Source: an uncultured bacterium
GTDB lineage: Bacteria; Patescibacteriota; Minisyncoccia; Phycocordibacterales; CAIZLB01
DNA: 64,000 nt
Assembly (NCBI GenBank): GCA_903821355.1
Contig: CAIJKW010000022.1
Span: 423-64,422 of the forward strand
Direction: 5' to 3'
Notes under the pieces: model-generated
Told to the model about the DNA's origin: nothing
Databases searched by the model: none
The model's input: the letters and a program-made list of their open reading frames with translations, nothing else
Shown here: in pieces, positions 59,399 to 64,000 of the stretch
How positions within the stretch are numbered: position 1 is the stretch's first letter
Layout of the letters: the number at the start of each line of letters is the position of its first letter
Made by a program: the position numbers and the translations under genes

Positions 59399-60944
59399 TA
59401 GTTTAAGTTTTGGACTAATTGTTTATAGAAGTGATGAAAAAAGTAAAATAGCAAAATTTTGGCTATATACTTCTATCATCTTTGCTTTTTGGTCATTTAG
59501 CTTATATGAAGTAACAAAGGCGACAAGTGAAAATGTTGCTTACTTTTGGCAATTTATCTTGGATATTTCAGCTATTATTTTACCTACACTTTATTTTACG
59601 TTTACATCAGAACTTCTTCTATTAAAAAACTATAGGACCAGACATATATTCTATGTTTTATCATTTTTAACTGGGGTTTTAAGTTTAACAAAATATTTTA
59701 AAGATGGAATGATCATAAGATACGGCTTTTACTGGATTAATCCAGGTCCACTGTATTTTATTTTTCCAATAATGTTTTTTGCTATCGTTACAACTGCAAG
59801 TTTTAATTTAATAAGATCTTACATAAAAAACAAGGATAACCTTATACTAAGAGGTCAGGTAAGAAATACTTTAATTAGTTGTATATTTGGTTTTATAGGA
59901 GGATTCACAAACTTTTTTCCACAACTATTCAATGTGTACCCATTTGGAAACTATTTGGTAATTTTGTTTATAGTGTTTATGGTATACGGAGTTATCAGAT
60001 ATAAATTAGTTTCAGCCAAGGTTGTTTCAGCCCAAATATTCTCAGTTGCTCTTCTAATAATATTCTTATTTAATATTATACGATCGCAAGACCTTAGCGA
60101 TACAATAATAAATATAGTTATTTTCTTATCTTTTATTGTGTTTGGAATACTTTTGATAAAAAGTGTCGATAAGGAAATAGAAACTAGGTTAAAGGTGGAA
60201 AAACTAGCTAAAGAACTCGAGGAAGCCAACGTTCGTCTAAAAGTTCTTGATCAACAAAAGTCTGAGTTTATCTCCCTGGCTTCACACCAACTAAGAGGAC
60301 CGCTAACCGCTATTAAAGGTTATGCTTCAATGGTTCTTGAGGGTGATTTTGGTCTAATCACAGAACCCGTAAAAGAAGCAACGAATAAAATACTTCAATC
60401 AACAAGTGATCTCGTGGTTCTTGTTGGTGATTACCTAGATGTTTCAAGAATTGAACAAGGAAGAATGCAGTACAACTTTGAAAGATTTGATGTAGCGGAG
60501 GAAGTTGAAACTGTTATAACAGAACTTCGTCCAACCATAGAAAAAGCTCACCTTACTGTGTCTTGTGATATCGATAAAAATCTAAATTACACAGTGGATG
60601 GCGACAGAGGAAAGATTAAACAAGTTATTGGAAACCTGATTGATAATTCGATAAAATACACTCCACAAGGAAGTATCCATGTCTGGTTAACCAGAAAAGA
60701 TAATAATAAAATTCTTATCACCATTTCCGATACTGGTGTTGGAATTAAGCCTGAAGTTCTACCAAATCTATTTGAAAAATTCTCAAGAGCACCAGACGCA
60801 TCTAGGACAAATATTTTAGGAACAGGACTTGGGCTATATATTGCAAAGAAGATGATTGAGGCACATCACGGTAGAATTTGGGCGGAATCTGCTGGAGAAG
60901 GTAAGGGTGCATCATTTTTTATTGAACTGGAGGGGATTAACTAG
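59358..60944 (+). CDS. Sensor histidine kinase with N-terminal multi-TM (7TM-type) sensor
   Basis: Multiple TMs; SHQLRGPL (H box), NLIDNSIKYT, DTGVGI, GTGLGL. Overlaps the upstream gene by 41 nt. Confidence 0.93.
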   Translation: MNFFSISSLILSISSLSFGLIVYRSDEKSKIAKFWLYTSIIFAFWSFSLYEVTKATSENVAYFWQFILDISAIILPTLYFTFTSELLLLKNYRTRHIFYVLSFLTGVLSLTKYFKDGMIIRYGFYWINPGPLYFIFPIMFFAIVTTASFNLIRSYIKNKDNLILRGQVRNTLISCIFGFIGGFTNFFPQLFNVYPFGNYLVILFIVFMVYGVIRYKLVSAKVVSAQIFSVALLIIFLFNIIRSQDLSDTIINIVIFLSFIVFGILLIKSVDKEIETRLKVEKLAKELEEANVRLKVLDQQKSEFISLASHQLRGPLTAIKGYASMVLEGDFGLITEPVKEATNKILQSTSDLVVLVGDYLDVSRIEQGRMQYNFERFDVAEEVETVITELRPTIEKAHLTVSCDIDKNLNYTVDGDRGKIKQVIGNLIDNSIKYTPQGSIHVWLTRKDNNKILITISDTGVGIKPEVLPNLFEKFSRAPDASRTNILGTGLGLYIAKKMIEAHHGRIWAESAGEGKGASFFIELEGIN

Positions 60945-60964
60945 CTTAGAATTAAATGTAAAAT

Positions 60965-61046
60965 TTGACAAAGTCTTAAATCGGCAGTATAAATACTGGG
61001 ATTCAGTTCTTTTTATCAATACCACTACGGTATTGAGAGGACTGTT
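60965..61046 (+). promoter_or_regulatory. Sigma70 promoter and 5' hairpin of the peptide/ATP-grasp cassette
   Basis: TTGACA (60965), 17 nt, TATAAA; hairpin cagttc...tcaatacc/ggtattga...ggactg. Confidence 0.65.
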
Positions 61047-61063
61047 TTAGCTCCATAAATCTG

Positions 61064-61168
61064 ATGCAAACAAAAAAACTGCCTGCATTGGCGAATCGCG
61101 CGTCCGCCCCAATTGGGAGGATTCGCTACGGGAAAAAACCCCGCAAAACTCGCCATTTCTGTGGCTAA
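61064..61168 (+). CDS. 34-aa putative RiPP precursor peptide (missed by ORF track)
   Basis: MQTKKLPALANRASAPIGRIRYGKKPRKTRHFCG, between the promoter and a 12-bp hairpin, directly upstream of the ATP-grasp ligase. Confidence 0.6.
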   Translation: MQTKKLPALANRASAPIGRIRYGKKPRKTRHFCG

Positions 61169-61190
61169 TCTGAAACCGCCACACCGCCTA

Positions 61191-61228
61191 GGTCGTGCGT
61201 GCCACCGCGCACGCACGACCATTTTTTT
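61191..61228 (+). terminator. Perfect 12-bp GC hairpin + T-run between peptide and ligase
   Basis: ggtcgtgcgtgc-caccgc-gcacgcacgacc-aTTTTTTT. Confidence 0.85.
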
Positions 61229-61255
61229 GCATCAAAACAAAAAACAGTTTTAACC

Positions 61256-62203
61256 ATGAAAACAATACTCGCAATAACACATGTGGATGAAGATATACAA
61301 ATAGAAGAAGTAAGTCGAAATGCAAAGAGGAATAATGTAAAAATTATTCCAATCTGCACTAACACTATCAGCTTTGAAAATGTTGCCCTAATTCAAAATG
61401 GAAGGAAGCCCTATCTTTTGATGGATGGAAAAAGAATTAATCCGTCTGGAATATGGTTTGCTACCTATCCGCGCGAAGACACTCTTTTCCATTCAAAAAT
61501 GAGTAGGTATGAATTTCCAGGGGAATATAGGTCGGCGGTCCTGCAGTTTATAACAGACCTCAGATTTTCTTTTGAAGAACTCCGTTCTTATCCGGGATCC
61601 TTTGAGAACATACTTAGGGCTGACTCAAAACTTAGCCTTTTTAGTCTGGCAAAATCTGTAGGACTCAAAATTCCTCCTCTGACGATGAATTCTAATCTCA
61701 AGACAAAGAAGGGGTTAAATACCTCAAAGCTATACAGAAAGAAACTTGGCTTTCCTTCCATTGTCTCATATTCAAGGTCTTCAAAAGAGGAATGTGTTGT
61801 GACAACGACCAACGGACTTACAACCAAGAATTCTTCTTGTTTATTGTGGCAATGGCAAAGCCCAATAGAGAGTATTGCTCATGTTAGAGGAATACTTGTT
61901 GGAGATCAGGGGTGGTTTGTCGAATGGAACAGAAAATCAGAGACGAAATCACTAGTCGACTTTAGAGAGGCAAATCAGAAGGATGACAATACTTGGCTGG
62001 AGACAAACGTTCCTAAAAATATCCTTCTCAAGCTAAACAAGCTTGTAATCACACTTGGATTAAGTCTGTGTTGCCCAGAATTCCTTATAACCCCTAGTGG
62101 TGAATGGATTCTGATAGACCTAAACCCATGTGGAGACTGGCATGGTTTCTTCCCCGAACAGAGAAGGGTAGAAATCATTCAAAAAATAACTTCCTTATTT
62201 TAA
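61256..62203 (+). CDS. ATP-grasp ligase resembling MvdC/MvdD-type (graspetide) peptide maturases
   Basis: ADSKLSLFSLAKSVGLKIP, WQSPIE...VRGILVG, VDFR, LGLSLCCPEFLITPSGEWILIDLNPCGDW. ATG 61256 follows an A-rich leader. Confidence 0.75.
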   Translation: MKTILAITHVDEDIQIEEVSRNAKRNNVKIIPICTNTISFENVALIQNGRKPYLLMDGKRINPSGIWFATYPREDTLFHSKMSRYEFPGEYRSAVLQFITDLRFSFEELRSYPGSFENILRADSKLSLFSLAKSVGLKIPPLTMNSNLKTKKGLNTSKLYRKKLGFPSIVSYSRSSKEECVVTTTNGLTTKNSSCLLWQWQSPIESIAHVRGILVGDQGWFVEWNRKSETKSLVDFREANQKDDNTWLETNVPKNILLKLNKLVITLGLSLCCPEFLITPSGEWILIDLNPCGDWHGFFPEQRRVEIIQKITSLF

Positions 62204-62222
62204 CTCAAACCACCGCTGGGGC

Positions 62223-62798
62223 TTACGCCTCAGCGGTTATCTTTTTAATATAGTCATCGGTTAGTTCATGTTCTGTGTTTTCTACAGATACAAATTTTCC
62301 TTTGTACAAAGAAGACAATTTCTTAGCTTGAGAGACTGCGATTGGCCAATCTTGATCTCCAAACAAAAATACTGATTCTGACTTAATTTCTTTTGGAATT
62401 GAAATGTTTGAGAACTCTTTAATCCTATTCTTCCCCATAAAATTAATTGCCTCTTTCGGCAAATTTTCTAGGTTTTCTTTAAAGTAAGGTGAGAGTGATG
62501 CTAGTATTATCTTTTTAAATTTATGTTTACTTGATAACACAAGAGCGGTATAAGCACCCATTGAAAAACCTATTATTGTTAAAATCTTAAAATCATAATT
62601 TTTAAATTTTTCATCAAAATCGGCAACCCAATTTTTTATGGTTTTTCTATCCCATATTGGATCATAATTTAAAACTTTCGCACCAAAAGAGCTTATGATT
62701 TTTTTCTTAAGCTCCCGATATTGCTTATCTGAACCACTCTCTCCAAAACCCGGTATTATGACAAATAAAGCATTTTTTTCATTTTCTATTGTATGCAT
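62223..62798 (-). CDS. Alpha/beta hydrolase
   Basis: IIPGFG, GFSMG nucleophile, FGDQD, EHEL. Confidence 0.85.
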   Translation of the reverse strand: MHTIENEKNALFVIIPGFGESGSDKQYRELKKKIISSFGAKVLNYDPIWDRKTIKNWVADFDEKFKNYDFKILTIIGFSMGAYTALVLSSKHKFKKIILASLSPYFKENLENLPKEAINFMGKNRIKEFSNISIPKEIKSESVFLFGDQDWPIAVSQAKKLSSLYKGKFVSVENTEHELTDDYIKKITAEA

Positions 62799-62836
62799 AT
62801 ATGGATTTTAACATAATTCTCTGATAAAATACTCCC

Positions 62837-63790
62837 ATGACTGAAACATCGAAAAAAGTATTATTATCTGGTATACAATCTACCGGTCGTCCTCATATTG
62901 CTAATTATTTTGGGGCGATGAAGCAATATGTTGACTTGCAAGATCAATACGATTCAAAAATCTTTATTGCAGACCTGCATTCATTGACCACTGTTCAAAA
63001 CAAGGAAGAACTTTCACAAAACACTCTTGATCTGGCAATAGATTATTTAGCTGTTGGACTTGATCCAAAAAAAGTTACAATTTTTAAACAATCAGATTTA
63101 CCTGAAGTTACTGAGTTGGCTTGGATTTTTAATTGTATTACAACTGTTCCATATTTAATGCGTGCACACTCTTTTAAAGACGCGGAAGCAAAGAACAAAG
63201 AAATTAATGTCGGCCTATTTGATTATCCAATGCTTATGGCGGCGGATATTCTAATTCACAATTCTGATATTGTTCCTGTTGGCAAAGATCAAAAACAACA
63301 TCTAGAAATTGCTAGGGATACTGCAGAAAAGTTCAATAGAGTTTTTAATACTGATATATTTAAAATGCCAGAACCTTATATCGTTGATTCTGTTGCAATA
63401 GTTCCAGGCATTGATGGGCAAAAAATGAGTAAAAGTTACAACAATCACATTCCACTTTTCTCAACCGATGAAGAAGTCAAGAAGCTTGTAATGTCTATTG
63501 TCACTGACTCCGGAGCTGGTATTCCAGTTAATGTCTATAATATTCACAAATTGTTCAGAGATGAGAAATACTTGGACAAGCTATATAAAGAGCATGAGGG
63601 CAAATATAAGGCCCTAAAAGACGCTTTGGCTGAAGATATTATTGCCTTTATTTCGCCCCTCAGAGCCCGTAGAGAGGAGATTGCCAAAGACCCTGAGGCT
63701 GTACGCGAAATGCTTAAAAACAACGCTAAAAAGCTTAAACTGGAGGTTGATGAAATGATGCAAAAAGTTAGAGAGGCGGTGGGGCTTTAG
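62837..63790 (+). CDS. trpS: Tryptophan--tRNA ligase
   Basis: SGIQSTG.PHIANY, YPMLMAADIL, VPVGKDQKQH, KMSKS. Confidence 0.98.
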   Translation: MTETSKKVLLSGIQSTGRPHIANYFGAMKQYVDLQDQYDSKIFIADLHSLTTVQNKEELSQNTLDLAIDYLAVGLDPKKVTIFKQSDLPEVTELAWIFNCITTVPYLMRAHSFKDAEAKNKEINVGLFDYPMLMAADILIHNSDIVPVGKDQKQHLEIARDTAEKFNRVFNTDIFKMPEPYIVDSVAIVPGIDGQKMSKSYNNHIPLFSTDEEVKKLVMSIVTDSGAGIPVNVYNIHKLFRDEKYLDKLYKEHEGKYKALKDALAEDIIAFISPLRARREEIAKDPEAVREMLKNNAKKLKLEVDEMMQKVREAVGL

Positions 63791-64000
63791 GCTATGTGAC
63801 CCCATTTGTTGGGTGGCTCAATATAGCATTTGCACAAAAAGCATGTTCTAATCTTGATACAAGTATAAATTTTTGTGTTCTACTTTTTTGTAGTTTTCTG
63901 ATTAACTTAAATATCATCCTGATATTGTTGATGATTTCGGCATGAAACCAATTATCAATAAAAGAGTTTTTAAAATTCTAAAAATCTTTGGTTTTTCTTT

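Noticed and set aside
61199-61255. N-terminal extension of the ATP-grasp ORF
   Set aside because: The GTG lies inside the terminator hairpin; ATG 61256 after the A-rich leader is more plausible.
315-63805. Many short antisense or overlapping ORFs in the six-frame track
   Set aside because: They shadow well-supported genes and show no motifs or expression signals.
63942-64000. Partial ORF at window end (MKPIINKRVFKILKIFGFS...)
   Set aside because: Too short to assign; truncated by the window edge.

Overview
AT-rich bacterial chromosome segment (genetic code 11) that looks like Patescibacteria/CPR, probably Parcubacteria. This is inferred from short AlaRS, archaeal/eukaryotic-type ProRS, several CPR-typical hypothetical families and mostly SD-less genes. 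The housekeeping backbone is leuS, ychF, mltG x2, mnmA, pepF, alaS, infA-rpmJ-rpsM-rpsK-rpsD-rpoA-rplQ-rplM-rpsI, grpE/dnaK/dnaJ, proS and trpS. Many backbone genes have a -10 box 6-7 nt before the ATG, suggesting leaderless mRNAs. Interspersed are self-contained cassettes (sigma70 promoter, 5' hairpin, payload, terminator), several not explained by the ORF track. (i) A ~145-nt structured RNA faces a DUF3800 RNase H-fold gene inside a small defence-like island (Panacea antitoxin, MazG, DUF2075, YgjP). (ii) A ~350-nt multi-stem RNA at 12.8-13.2 kb. (iii) A ~200-nt rod-like RNA downstream of ychF. (iv) Three unannotated short-peptide ORFs, each followed by a terminator hairpin and an enzyme: a 34-aa acid-free peptide before a graspetide-type ATP-grasp ligase, a 27-aa Pro/Arg-rich peptide before an M16 peptidase, and a 23-aa peptide before acyltransferase / acyltransferase-HAD / 7TM histidine kinase genes. 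No rRNA, tRNA, CRISPR array or transposase was seen. All family calls are by motif recognition, not database search.
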